Shown: in pieces, positions 42,790-55,700 of the stretch
How positions within the stretch are numbered: position 1 is the first letter of the stretch
Layout of the letters: each line of letters starts with the position of its first letter
Source of the DNA: Raillietiella orientalis
Taxonomy: Eukaryota
Direction: 5' to 3'
Assembly (NCBI GenBank): GCA_036172245.1
Contig: JAYWIR010000035.1
Coordinates: 1,240,001-1,304,000, forward strand
DNA length: 64,000 bases
Position numbers and translations under genes: made by a program
Notes under the pieces: generated by a model
Database searches by the model: none
What the model was told of the DNA's origin: nothing
What the model saw: only the letters and a program-made list of their open reading frames with translations

Positions 42790-44149
42790 TGTTGCCGTCA
42801 CTCAGCAACGCCGTCAAGCAATTGTTGCCGTTGTTCGGCAACGCCGACAATTGCATTGTAAGTACAAATCGGTTCCCTGGCGATTCGAAAAACGCCTTGC
42901 AAAGGAAAGAATAAGAATAGAAAATGTAGAAAGCATTCGGGAGCAGCATAGAGCACCGCAGTTGCTTCTGCAGGATTCTTCCCATCGTAATACAACGATG
43001 CAGCGATCCATGCGAACAGATTCGTAGAAAGAGGGGTTTCGCTGACAAACGCTTATTTTTCAGATCCTTGTTTGAGATGTGCACGTTTGGCTATCCTGTG
43101 TGCTTCATGTTTTCGATGCAGGGAAGAGGAGGGAAGGAAGGAAGGAAGGAGCACACGATCTTAAGGAGCGAAAGGAAAAAAAAAACACGTATTTCCATTT
43201 GTAGAGCGTTGAACCTGTTTTGAAGAAATCTCCAAGAAATCCTCATGAGCCAAGGGAGAGCAAGAATTTTTACCCTGGAGGAAGCCTGAGGAATTGTCAA
43301 AACTAAAAGTGGGAGGACGAACCCAAGATGACCTCAGAGCCATGCGGAGGCCAACAGTGAGATCCAAGCTCGTGGAGAGCAAGGAGACACAAAGATGACG
43401 TGAAGACAGCGGTAGCTAAGCTTCTTTTCCCCTTTTCTGCGATTCTCCCTTCCCTTTTTCCCTTCCTTTCCAATAGACGAGCAGGGATTGTCTGCTTGAA
43501 ATGGGATGGATCTAGCTTGCGGTTAGTCATGCTTCGTCGTCGTCGTCGTCGTCGTTGCTTCCGTAACCGCTCGTTCAGCACGCGGCATCTCGCTTGACGG
43601 CTGTGCCATAGCAACGCTGGCAACGCGTCCCGGCCGCCGAACCGGCAGAGGAGCCTTTTTCTTCTCAGCTTTCGTAGCGAGCTGCTGCATGGTGCCGACG
43701 GAGGAATTTCAGAGGAAGTTGCTGCAACAGTGGCAGCAGCCAAGAACCTCGAGCTCGGGAGGATGCCGCTGTGCACCATCTCTCCCTTCATGTGGGCACC
43801 AGTGGCACCAGTGACGTATCCCCGGGCTACGAGTTTCACTGTTATTTCAACTTTTGTTACATTCGCTCGAAAGTAGGTCTGACCCAAGGGTATTGAAACT
43901 TCGGAAGGTCGCAGAACTCACGGTCATGGGCATAGCGCTCGCCAGGGCTCCGGGGCAACTCGCCGGAGCATCAATCATCTCTTATTTTGGTTGCTCTTGA
44001 CGACGACGGTTCCGCCAGGAGCTGCGCGCGCGGGGGCATTTTCCTTCTCTTCTTCCTCCTCGTCCGCGTTGAGACGGCACGGGAGCCGCAACCGGACGAC
44101 CCGAGAAGCAGCGGCAGACATCGCGCGAATTCCTCCGTTCCCTAGCAAC
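42790..44149. promoter_or_regulatory. Cluster of RFX X-box-like sites
   Basis: GTTGCTTCCGTAAC 43554-43567, TGTGCCATAGCAAC 43602-43615, GTTCCCTAGCAAC 44137-44149, plus paired GTTGCC/GCAAC half-sites at 42790-42843. Confidence 0.35.
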
Positions 44150-46324
44150 GGATTGTCGCTGCCGCTGTGCCGTCCACCTTTCCGAGAGCACGCAAGATGT
44201 GCGGGCATCTCGCGCTAAGAGCGCGCGACCGTGCCGAGAGTCTTGATGGAGGTGGCAGCGCGCGCGGGCACGCACGCAGGCGGATCTCTCTCGGCTTCCG
44301 TGTGCGATGCGCCTGGTATCTGAGGGAAGGGTTCGGTCTCGAGATGTGGATGTTCCCGGAAGAGCGGCCGGACTCACCATCGTCATACCGTCGCTCCCGT
44401 TTGGCAAACAAACAAACAAAGGAGGAAGGAAGGAAGGAAGGAAAAGGAGGGAGACGACGGATGCGAATGGATGATGCTACCGCAATCTCAGCAGGAGGGA
44501 TGGGAGAAGGCGACGCAGGGAAGCTTCGGGAACTCTGGATGTTGCGGGGAAAGGCGGAAGAGGGCGGCAGAAGGAGAAGGGCACCTCCTGCTGCAGGAGT
44601 GCTGCTCTCTCGCGTTCCTTCGGAGGAGTTCCACCCGCGAGGCGGAGATCCCTTCCTGCCCCCTTTCGTACCCCCTTCTCCAGAGTTCCTCCCCCTCTCC
44701 TTCCAGCCTGCGGGACGCGAGGCCTCCCTCAAGGCTGGAAGGAGTGAGACCGGCCTTCTCCTCATCGCCCTCTTCCAGTCTAGTCCTACCCCGATTCGCC
44801 TCTCCTCCTCCCTCCCTTCCTCCTTCCTCGCCTGGCCGCCGCCACGCCCAGGTTTCCCCAGCGCCTAGCTGGCGGCGGTTCCCGCGCTGAGGCGGCGCAG
44901 CGCCTGGAGCGCCTGGCAGAGGCGAGCGCGCCGTCCGTCCCCAGGCTGCTGCGGCCGCACAGATCGATCCGAGGAGGAGGAGGGGGGGGGGACTTGTCGG
45001 TGCAGGTGCGCGTGGCAGCAGAGCGTGTACGGGACGGTTGCTCCCGACCTCTAGCAAACGACGGAGGGCAGAGGGGAGGACGCTTCACTCTTCCACCACC
45101 GGTCTGAGGTCCTCCTCCCGAGGAGGTTCCCTCCAGGGATCCCACCTCTTCCGTTCCAGCTGGCCCTCCAGGCAGGTTCTCCCGCCCTCCTCCGTGCAGG
45201 AGCTCTTCGCCGACGGTCGCCACCACGTCCCTGAGGAGGCGCTGCCTCGTCCGCCAGTGCGGAAGATGCAACGGGGCAAGGCGCTCAACGACCGACGGGC
45301 AGCTGCCGCCGCGGAAGCGTCCGGCTGGCGTTCTTCCTCTTAGGGAACGGCCTGAGAGGTCTCCTGGGGGTGGAGATAACTTTTCCTTGACACCCCGTCG
45401 GGTTGCCTTAGCTCCCGGCCGGCGGCCTTGCCGGAGCGCAGCACTCAGGTCCGGGGCTTCTTTGGCAGCAGCACTCCTCGCTCAGGTGGCTCCCAAAACC
45501 TCCAGGCCCAGGCAGGACGAGGGTCCGCGAGTCCGCCAAGCGCAGGCGGTCGGGCAACGGCCTGTTGGCCCGCTCGCGCATCGCTCCAAGAGGGACGGAG
45601 GTGCTGTTCGGAACGGGCCGAACCTCCCATCCCACCACCCGGCGGCAACATTCGCAGCGGCTCAGATTAAAGGATGCCGGGTGAGTACCTCAGCGCCTCG
45701 GGCCTCCGGCGTCCGGTTCCAGGAGGAGGCGAGGACCTCGCCGTGGAGCTTCCCCAGGAACTCTCCGTCCCTTCTCGACCTGGGGGAGGAAATAGGGACG
45801 CGCGCACTGGCACGCGAGGAAGAATCTTTCCTCGGGTGGCAAAGGGCGGGAGGTGGAACCCGGAGCGACGAGTGGAGATCTCACCGATGCCTCGGCGAGG
45901 GCGGGGGAGGGATTGTTTTCCTTCCGAGCGCGGAGAGAGAAAGCAAGATGATCGGAGCTGGACACCACCAGAAGGGAAGAACAGATTGCGCAAGCCACGC
46001 TGCTCTTGGAATGTTTCGTTTGGGAATGTTCCTTTAACTATAAAATCGGCACAAGGAAAACACCGGTGACTTATTTTTAACTTGGCTTGGGATATGCCTC
46101 TTTATTCTGGGCACAGAAGCATTCCCGACACCGGTTGGGCAACAGAGGAAGATAATCTCAGATCCCACCTTCTTTTCTTTTCCTTTTTCTGTTTTTCTCG
46201 CTTCTCGGCCTTTTGGCTAAGATCAAAGCGTAGGTCAAAGTATTTTTTATTTTTCGTGCGTGCGTGGTTCTTTGTGTGTACACGCGCGCGCGCGCGTGTT
46301 TACTCCTAGTAGTCTATTTACTTT

Positions 46325-46712
46325 GAAAACCTAAAAGCTCTAATTGGCTCGATCTTAGCAGAAGACTTCACCCAGGCAACGGAGTGCCGCCGCAGCCGAC
46401 ACCCAGACGACGATGAATGCATTGTTGGCAGTATCCAAGGTCGGTCCATGGTTTGGCTGCATCCCTGCGCTCCCGCAAATTTTTCCTCACGCCTCTTTTT
46501 TCTTTTTCTCCTCGGACCTTCTCGGTTCCATGGAGAAGAAGTCAGTGTGGATGCTGCGATCCTGAAAGTGCATGTGGTTTCCATCGCAGGGGCGCCTCTG
46601 TAAGGATACGGCGATCGCTCAACGATCAATGTGTGCCGACAACGCTGCACACATCTCATTCCACGCGACTCACTGTCTGAATTCCTGATGGTTGGGTTGC
46701 AACTGCAAGCGC
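46325..46712 (+). pseudogene. Possible decayed intronless Bub3/Rae1-family WD40 fragment (retrocopy)
   Basis: TECRRSRHP...IVGSIQGRSMV (cf. Bub3 TRCIRAFP...VLSSIEGRVAV). The SI.GR to V(D/N)A segment spans 42 aa as in Bub3; G(Y/F) and the next C also fall in register; ends SLS/PDGWVATAS (cf. SLAFSNDGTTLAIASS). One stop, one frameshift. Confidence 0.5.
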
Positions 46713-47524
46713 TGGGCATCACGATTTTTCTGCCGAATCACGCGCCTGCGAGAAGTTCACGGGACGTTCTGCTGTGCTCTCTTTTCCGTGTTTCTTCTTC
46801 TTTTTTTCTTTTCTCTTCCTGTCCACCACACTTTCTACTCTTGTGCGGTTAAAAGGTGAGCCAGGGCTCGCCTGCCGGAGAAAAGAAAGCGTTGGAACGA
46901 GCTTTTGATTTGCAGATGTGATTTTGCATACTTTTCCGCTCGCGCATCAAGCGGTCCTGCACGCACAGCGCAGAAACAGATCAGTTTCCGGAGGATTCTT
47001 TCACTTTGCCATCCTTCAGGAGTGGAGCTCGTCAGGAAGCGCGGATGAGTTTCGCCGAATGCCGTAGCTGCGAGGAGGTTGCACTCCTTGCCGATCTGTT
47101 TAAGGATTATTTATCATTGACGAGGTGTCTTCCGTAAATAGTTTACGATCCCGTTCCGCAAAGGAAAACACGAAGATATTGTAACAAGATGGCTCCTAGC
47201 AAAATAAAATATGCTCAAATCCTCCTCCTTCCTTCCTTCTTCTCCTTCCACTTTGGGGGTTTCATCTCTCCCCTTGAGCGTGCATGTTTTTCAACGAGCT
47301 CATCTGCTTGCATAATGACGAGCTGAAATGAGAAAACAATTCGGACCGCTCCGTATCCCCCCCCCCCCCCAAAAGAAGGAAAAACCCAGTTATCCAGACG
47401 TCCTCCCCGCGGTTTGCATGCGTGGAAAAGCGATGATCCCGTGCTCTGAAAAATAATATTTTCAAATGCATGTTGCAGTGATTCTGTTTACATAACTACA
47501 GGGATCCTGGAAAAGGGTTCCTGT

Positions 47525-47885
47525 CGGATCTGAAGCCCCAGGCTGTGATTTATCGGAAGCAAGCCCCATTTCCGATGCTCCATATAGCGTCGCAGGAATA
47601 AGAGCACTGCGCATGCGTTTTCCGCGAGATTTGACAAATAGTCTACGGCTGGGATCCCGGAGATCTCTCGCCTGCTTTCTCCTGAATAATTCAAGCGGGA
47701 GCGCGCGGCCTGCAGATGCGCTCGACGCTCTAGAATTTCCGTCCTGGAATGCGCTCCGCTTCTTCGGGAGAAGACAACCGAGGCGATTCCGGGCGCTGCC
47801 CGTTCTCTCCGCCGTTTTCACAGCTGATCGAAAATCAGCGTGCGGGCAGGCCATCCGTGACCTCTTCTCCCTACTCCAGGCAGAC
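47525..47885 (+). mobile_element. Ty3/gypsy reverse transcriptase N-terminal remnant
   Basis: DLKPQAVIYRKQAPFP; SPAFS*II...MRSTL*NFR (cf. SP+SSP+V.V.K..G..R.CVDYR); ALPVLSAVF...IRDLFSLLQ (cf. PLP.I..+F...+DL.S.Y.Q). Confidence 0.45.
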
Positions 47886-50800
47886 AACACCGAAAACGGA
47901 AACTGAAGACTTTGCAGGAGGAAGAAGACCTTTTCCTCTTCCTCTTTCCCCGCTTTCCTCTCCTTGACCGCCACCCACCTTCAGTGTGGGTGAACGGGGG
48001 ACGCTGCTCGTGCAGCCCCACCTCTTCACTGGAAGAACCGTGAGCGGATGGAGAGGGAGGAGAAAGGAGATCGTTCCCCTCCGCGACGAAGGGAGGCGAG
48101 CTGCAGGCCGCATCTCTCCTTCCAGACGAGGCTCTCTCCGCTGCTCCTGAATCTCTGGGTCCGAAACCCTGGGAAGCAACGGGTCCACCACCGCTGAACC
48201 GTCCCCTCGCATTTTGAACGAATTGCAGGCCACCTCGATTATCTGTCGAGCCCGAAGCCAACCCTCGTTCCCTCTGGGAGCCGGGACGCCATGGCTCAGA
48301 GAGGTGGGGTAGGGAGAGTGTACGGAAATGCCATCGCGAATTCGCCGTTGGCTCAGGCTGATCTTTCGCTCGCGTTATTTCCTTCCTCACTCTCTCCTCG
48401 CTTCTCGACGGCAGCAACGAGATGAACTTCTCCCCCCCCCCCTCCTCCTGACAACAACGCGGCGAAAATACAGCAGCTCCTGCCGGCCGTATTTCGCACC
48501 GCGTTTCATCCTGACAGTCATGATGCAGCGGTGTTTACCGTCGTATCCAAGCGACCAGACAAAGTGGGTTTTCGGATCCTCTGCTCCGAAAGTTCTTGTT
48601 TTCCCGGTAGTTATTTTTTTTTTCTTCTTCCCCCCCCCCCCTCCCTCTCCCGGAGGTCGCGGTGGCGGAGGAGACCGAGAGCTTTTCCTCCCTTCTCGAG
48701 TCGGAAGATCAGGAACGGAGCGGAACTTCTCGTGGCCCGGCGAGAGCTAACCAACCAAGAAACACCGCGGTCAAGGAAACGCGTGTTTTCCGAGCGACGA
48801 AGGGCAGCAACTCTTTCGGCAGCGCGGTAAGCCAGCCGCTGGCTCCCGCTGCTCGCGCCATCCGCCCGAGCGCGGCGATTTCCATCCCTCCCGGACCGAT
48901 TCGTCCGCGGGGCGGAGAAGGCACAAAACCGCCGGACGCCTGCGGAGGTCCGCTTCGGAAGGAGGTGGTTTTCTTTACCAGAACGCGCGCCCCTCCTGGA
49001 GACGGACTGCCCCCCAGGTCTCGTCCTCCGCCGGAGGTTTCGGCAGAAGCAGCAGGAGGAGTCCGGTCGAAAGCGGTCTCGGTCAACAGGGTCGTCCTCA
49101 CCCGGACGCGCGCTCCACCTTCCGGAAACTCCAGTCTCTCTTTCGTGGAAGAGGCCAGCGAAGAGCGGTGCGGGAAGCGCCCGTAACGGGGTCAGCTGGG
49201 AAGCTTCCTTTCGTCACGACCGGAAACCAGATCGAAAGGAAGGAAGGAAGAAGAGGAATCCGCTGATCCGGGTGTTGAGCGCGCCTTCCGGCGTCCGCCT
49301 CTCCTCTCCCCTCCCTCTGGCGTCTCCGATCTGGGACCAGCCGGGTGGCACGAGTCGAATACCCGGTCACGAGTGCCTCGTCATCCGTTTCTTTCTTCGG
49401 CCCGCGCACGCAAGCGAAGGTGCCCACGGTGCCCGGACGGGCCCGAAGAGCTCGGCCGCGGGAGTCCCCCGGGACTCCCTGCGACCCGCGGCAGCGCGTC
49501 CTGGCTGCGGCTGCGTCTGTGACCCCAAAGGTCTGCCGAGAGATCTCCCAGCCTCAAGCGCTTCCGGGACAGGGAAAAGAGCGGTGCCGAAGAGCTCCGC
49601 TGCTCTCCGCGGGCGAGTGGCGGCGGCAGCGGCGCGCTCGGCTGTCGGCCCGAACCCTCCCAACGGAACATCCAGGGCGAAAGTGCACGTCGACGGCTCC
49701 TTCCCTCCCGGGAAGCCGACGGACCACTCCACCTCCGGCGAGCGTTCCAAGGCGGGGAAAACACGTCGTGCGCGCGAGGCGCTTCCGTCCGTGGATCCGC
49801 GCCGCTCGTTTGCACGTGGTCGTCCTGCCCGCGCGAGGCGTCAGCCCCGGGAAGAGAGAGGCCGCGCACGCGCAGAAGCCGCCGCGGCCGCCCAGCCGAT
49901 GCGCCTCGGAGGAGGGTGGGAGAGGAGCGGCAGGCGCGCGCAGAGCCGCCTGCCGCCAGCGTGCGCAGAGTCGCCTGCCGCCAGCGCGCGCGTGCTTCTC
50001 TCGGAGCGCATCCGCCTGGCGAACGCTCTCGATTGATGACGACGACGGAATACTCGCGATTCATTCATCTCCGCGTTTCATTCATCGCCCCGGTTCCGGG
50101 CGACTCGCAGCATCGCCGGAAAACGTCGCTAACGAAGAGGCTCCGCGGAGATAAATCTCGCCGCGGCGCCAAGGGGAGGAGGAGGAGGAGGAGGACCGCG
50201 GGGCGAGACACGGGAGACAAGCGCCCACAGTGTATAAATTACGGAGCGCTGCCATGCTCTTCGGCCATCTGGTCCGGATGCTGCTGCGAGGAAAAAAAAT
50301 TCCTGGCGGAGATCGGCCGCGAAGGGCGTCATGCCGATTCGTCGGACGAGAGTCCACCTCCGCCTGGATGCGAACGCCGCGCGCGCGCGGGCAGCCTGGA
50401 GGAGGAAACGCGCGCGCGCGCGCGGGCGCCCGCTCGCTCGCTCGTCCTCTGCCTGCCTGCGCGAGGCTCACGCCGAGGCACCTCGGGGGGTTGTCGAAAC
50501 CGAGGCGAAACTGGAAGCGGATGCGACTATTTTTAAATGCCGAAACTGGTCGCCGCCGCATCCGCCTGTCCGCTGCCGCCGTCTCCGGCCCCATCAGAGG
50601 GTGTCGGCGAATTCCATTCCCTCACCGCCGCCGCTGCCGCTTTCCGGGGGCTTCCGAGAATCGCGCCGCGCGCGCGCTGCCGTCTTCTCTCCCCCTCCCT
50701 CGTCACCGCCCCTCCTCCCCTTCTCCCCTCCCGCCCCTCTCGCAGGCTCGCGAGCCCAGGCGCTATTTTAGGAGCAGGCCAGTGGAACGTCTCGGGCGAG

Positions 50801-52741
50801 AGATGCGATGGGGCCGACTCTCCTTCGAGCGAACGCGCGCGCCGGGGTGGGTGGGAGGGATCCTGTCGAGGACCCGTTGACCCTTCCCGAGCTTGAAGAC
50901 TGGGCGAGGAGGCTGCAGGGCGAGCCGGGCAGCTGGCGCCGCGACGGCTCCTGCTTCACCTCCCAGGAGACGCGCTGCGGAGCCAGTCTTATCGCCCTGA
51001 AGGCGCGCCCGCGCGCGCGAGGGTGGGGATAAAGGGGTGCGACCTCCTCCTCCTCCTCCCCCTTCTCCTCTGTCCCCTCATCCCCTCTCCTGCCCGGATT
51101 TTTGCTCCCCGTCGTCGGCGCCGGTCCGCTTTCGCGCCGCCGGGACGAAGTCTTTGGAGCTCTGTCGCGAGGTCGCAGTAAGGACAGGGGGCAGCACTAA
51201 CTCTGGGCCTGAGGAAGGCGTTGAGTCCTGAAGAGCCGACGTGAAGAGGACAATAGCGGGATTCCCTTCCCCTCCCCGGAGAGCAGCTGGGAGGACTGGA
51301 GAGGCAGGAGGAGGGGGGGGGGAAGAAGAGGGTGCCTCCGCCGGGACAGTCTCCCATTTCCTGTCGAGACGGCGGCGACGGCGGCAGGGATACGCCACGC
51401 TCCAGTCCGGTTGCTTGGTGCGCTCGTGGATGCATCCCCGAACGACCCGCACGTTCTGCACGTCGTTCGGGGGTCGTAGAGGCAGCGACCTGCGGCCGCT
51501 GTCTCTGCGACCCCAAAGACCTTCCGGCGCCTCGACGCGCGGGGCCCGCCCGGGGCCCAGCGAGCGGCTTGCAGCAGCAACACGAGGCTCGAGTGGCTCG
51601 AGTTCGCCTTCCGGCTGCCATTGGCGACCGAACCGGGAGGTTGCCGGGGACGACGGGAGGTTCGCGTCGCGATCGAGCGCAGGCCCGAAGGACAAAGCCA
51701 GCCGGGGAGAAGCGTCGAGTCGCTACTCCGCGGTTTCCTTGACCCGAGGTCACTCTCTGAGACCAGCCCTCCAGGTGCGCAGGGAAGGAACGGGACCCAC
51801 GCTTAGGGCTCTCCGCCTCTTGGTCGCGCACGCACCCGTGTGTACACGAACCATTGCGCGTAAGAATGTCCCGTGTGTGCGCGTACATGAATGCAGGGCA
51901 CATCGCTCCCGGACGGGAGAAGTCCCCAGTCGCGGGAGGGCTGGAAGGAACGCTCCGGGTCGCTCTCCCTTGTTCCCAGGGGCCCGTGGACTGCCATCCC
52001 GTCATGGGGCGCGCGGCTCAACAGGGCGATGTCCCCACGAAAAGGGGAGCCTCCACTCCTGTGCTTTCCCCTGGGACCGCTCTGGGACCGCGGGGGCGCG
52101 GGATGGAGGGGTGCACCTATCCCTCCTTCCTCTCCCTAGGGAGGAAGTGCGGCAGTTTCCCGACCGCCTTTCGAAGACGCCAGCCGGCGGAGAGAGAGGG
52201 GCTGGCGCACCAAGGGAGGGTTCAGAGGAGGGTGGTGAGGAGGCGGTGGGTCCGGGGTCAGGGAAGGCAGCCCTCCCTCGGAGGGCGCTGAGAGCTGCGC
52301 AAGGATTCGGTCAGCCCTCAATCCGCGGTTGTCCCAGGGGTCGTCGGGGAAGAACGTGAGCAGCCGTGGGATTTGCAGAAGGAAGGGGGGGGAACGGCAG
52401 TGGTCGCCGAGGGGCCGGTGAGGGGTCACCGCGAGCGCCGCCGCGCTCCCGAAAAAGGTCGCTCTCCTTCTGCCGGGAATCCGTGCCTCCGGGAGCGAAA
52501 CGGGGAAGGAAGCGACAGGATAAGGTGGGAACGAAAGGAGAAGAGGGGGAGAGGAGGAGGAGCTTGCCCCACGCCCCTCTTTTTCACCCATCCTTCCGCC
52601 TATTGCTCCACCGACCCGTCGCGTGGCGATGCGCGCGCCGCAGCGGCAGGAGACGAAGGGAGAGAACGCAGTGCCGCCTGCCGGCGGCTTTCGGAGCGCA
52701 GGCGGCAGGCGCCCGGCGGAAGGAGCCAGGCGAGATGTCGG

Positions 52742-52751
52742 CCGCCGCCGC

Positions 52752-52787
<36 letters not shown>

Positions 52788-52788
52788 A
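52742..52788 (+). repeat. (GCC)n(CTG)n trinucleotide repeat
   Basis: About four GCC units followed by about eleven CTG units. Confidence 0.95.
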
Positions 52789-55700
52789 GCGCGCTGGAGG
52801 GGAAGACGCGGCCGGTGGCCTGCGGCGAGAAGCGCGAGCGGGCTCGTCCTCCGGGGCAAGGAGAGAGTCGCACGGGTGAAGCGGGGGGGAGGGGCACACA
52901 GAGGAGATCCCGGGAGCATGCGAGAGTGAGAGAAGGAGGGGAATCTTCCTCGGGCAGGGGCGATGGGGCGCTTTCACGCACGCGGAGGCCCTTCCCAGGA
53001 GGATTCGTTCCAAAAAGCCGCCCCGGAGGCGGTCGGAGAGGAGACACCCTCGGGACAGATGAAGGCGGGAAGAAGGAAGGGCGACCTCCTCCCTTCCGCG
53101 TGAGCGCGTCCGCTCCCAGAGGCGGAAGCCACGGCGGCGACCGAGGGAAACTTTGCCGGGTCGGCGGCACTTCCGGCCTGGGAGCGACCAGCAGTGCAGC
53201 CGAGGTCGCCGCTCCGGTGAAGGCCCTCTGCGACCTGCTCGAGGGTTCGATTAGGCGGACCCCCTTGACCCATGGCGGTCTCAGGGAAGCAGTCGAGGGC
53301 AGAACGCGACCGCCTGTTTCCCTGGACCAGGGGTGCACTCCGTCCCGCCACCGGAGGCGCCTCCGCTGGAGGCCACCCGAGGGCGGGGCAGGAGATAGCC
53401 GGAGGGCAGCCGCAGCCGCTTCTCCCTCGAGGGACCGGAAACCCGGAAGGCAGGAACGGCTCCGTGCGTCTCCTGCGCTCTGCCTCCGCGACTCCCCCCC
53501 TCCTCCCCTTCCCCTTCCGCAGAGGTCCCGCTCGTGGAAGGTCGCCTACGCCATATGGTCGGATGGCGAAGGGGAAAACGCGGGGGGAGACAGCCTTCCA
53601 GCCTCCCCTCCCCACCCCCGCGCTTATCCCGCTAGTCGGCTGGCCCGGCGCGAATGCAGCGCCACTGCGGAGCGACGACCGCCACTGAAGGCGGTGCTTG
53701 TCCCGGCAACGGAGGCACCCTTCTTCTGCTCCTTGACGCGGAGGGGCGGGGGCTCCGGAGGAGCTCGTGCCCCTCTTTCCTCCTCCTCCACCGCGCCCCC
53801 ACCCCTGCGCGGATGCCTCTTTCCGGCCGCGAGAACGGGAGGAGGGACGAGGAAGGGTGAAACGTCCCTGGCTCTGGAAAAGAGCCACCGCGACCCTCCT
53901 TCCCCCCCCCCCTCCTCGCCCCACTCCTTACACCGGGACGATCCCAGAAGGGAGAGGGGACAGCGGGAAAGGAGCGAAGGGGAACGCGGGAGGCACCTTG
54001 AGATTCCGGATTTTCCTCCCACGTTCGTTGCTCCGCAGCCCTTCTCAAGGTCAACCGCGATCAAGCCGCTGCCGCGCTCGCACCGTGTTGCTGGGGGTTT
54101 CAGCCGGCGGCCGGCAGCGGCGGCGACCGAGCTTCGGGCGGCGTCCCCGGGCCTTCCCTTTTCCCCTTCTTCCCCCACGGCTGGCGAAACCTCAGAGGGA
54201 CCCGGGCGGGATGGGGCACCTGCGAGAAAGATCCGGGAGCCTCCTCCACTGAACGACGGCGGCGGTTCCAGGAGGCCACGTGCACGCCCGACCCCCTTCC
54301 GTCCCCTTTTCTCCTTCTCCACGTATCTCCGGGAGCCGTCTCCCTCCGGTGTGCCTCCTCCGCCGGCGGGCCGACTCTCCTGGTGCGCAGCCCAAGGGGG
54401 CGGAAGGAACTTCCGGAAGCAGCAGTAATCGCCGCGGGGGAGGGAGCAAAGAGGACGCCCTCTCACGAGCGAGCGCGCGCGCGCGACCTCGGCGGGCTCG
54501 AGGAGACGGCACAAAGGGGTGGCGGTCTGGAGCGCGAGTGAGAGTTCCCTCGGGGGCCGCAGGTGGGGATGGGCTCTGACGTCTTCACATCCTTTGCGAG
54601 TGGCGGGAGACCCCAAGGGCGGCAGCTTCCTCCCTCTCCTCTCCCCGGGTTTCCCGGAGGGAGTTCCTCCCTCCCCTTGCCCCCTTAGCTCTGCGCCGTC
54701 CGCGGCACGCAGGCGCGAGCAGGCTTGACGCGCGCGCGCGCGCGCGCTTCCGCAGGCGGACGGACCCGCGAGCGCGCGAGCGCGGCAAGTCGAAGGTCGG
54801 AGCAGCCGAGCGCCTGTTCGTCACATTAGCAGCTCCGAGCGACCGCGTCCGAGTTGCTTATCGTCCGGATCGAAGGAGCTGCGCACCCGTGGGAGTCTCC
54901 TCTTGCGGGCCAGGGTAACCGCCCGGTTGCCTTTGGTTCGTCCTGCCGTCTGGAAACCGCTTGCCGCCGCCGCCGCCGCTTTCCAGCGACTCTCCCACAC
55001 GCCAGCCGCCAGAAGGTTGTCTCGCGGCCGCCGAGTTGCGAGGCAACGGCTCCCAGAGCCCGTCCATCCGCGAGCCGCGAAGGTCCGCAGCCTAGACCCG
55101 ACGACCACCTGAAAAAAGCAGTGTCTGCCGCCCAAGTTTTTTTTCCTCCGCTGCGGTCACGACGGCGCTTCCCGCCACGAGAGGGAGAAGGCAGTCGAGC
55201 AGCGGCAGCAGCGGGGGGCTGAGGGGGGGGGGGGGAAGGAAGGAAGAAGAGCTCGGTCTACCTGAGCCATCTCTCGGGCCGGTACTCGCATCGTAGGAAG
55301 GAGGAAGAGACGCCGTCTGCGGGGATGTTCGCTTCGCTCGCTCGTTCCGTCCGTTTCTCATGAGGTCGCGGCATCGCTCCTGGATCCACCACGGACCTCC
55401 TTCTCGGTCCGAAGGTCGCCAGAGGTCCTTCTCGTGCCGTCGCTGGCTGCCGCCGCCCTCACGCACTCACGCCCTCGCGCGAGCTTCCCCCCTTCGGAGG
55501 TCCTCGGGTTTCCGTGGTGCTCCTCGGAGGAGCTCGTGATGACGCGAGGGAGGCAATCGGAACGAGCTCCTTCCTCCCTGTGGATGCTTCCGTGGAGCCG
55601 GTGGATCCATCAAGGAGACTCCTTCGAGGTCGCTATCCCGAAGGTTCATCCCTCGGACAGTCCGTCTCCTTGCGTCTCGGGGTCGCGTGTCTGCTACAAC

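Noticed and set aside
43820..43920. GQTYFRANVTKV, Tudor-like (minus strand)
   Set aside because: Lacks the VDYG motif and needs a frameshift.
52623..54428. 601 aa ORF and other long overlapping ORFs at 35-56 kb
   Set aside because: Low-complexity R/G/P/A/S content, open on both strands at once, no domain motifs; explained by high GC.
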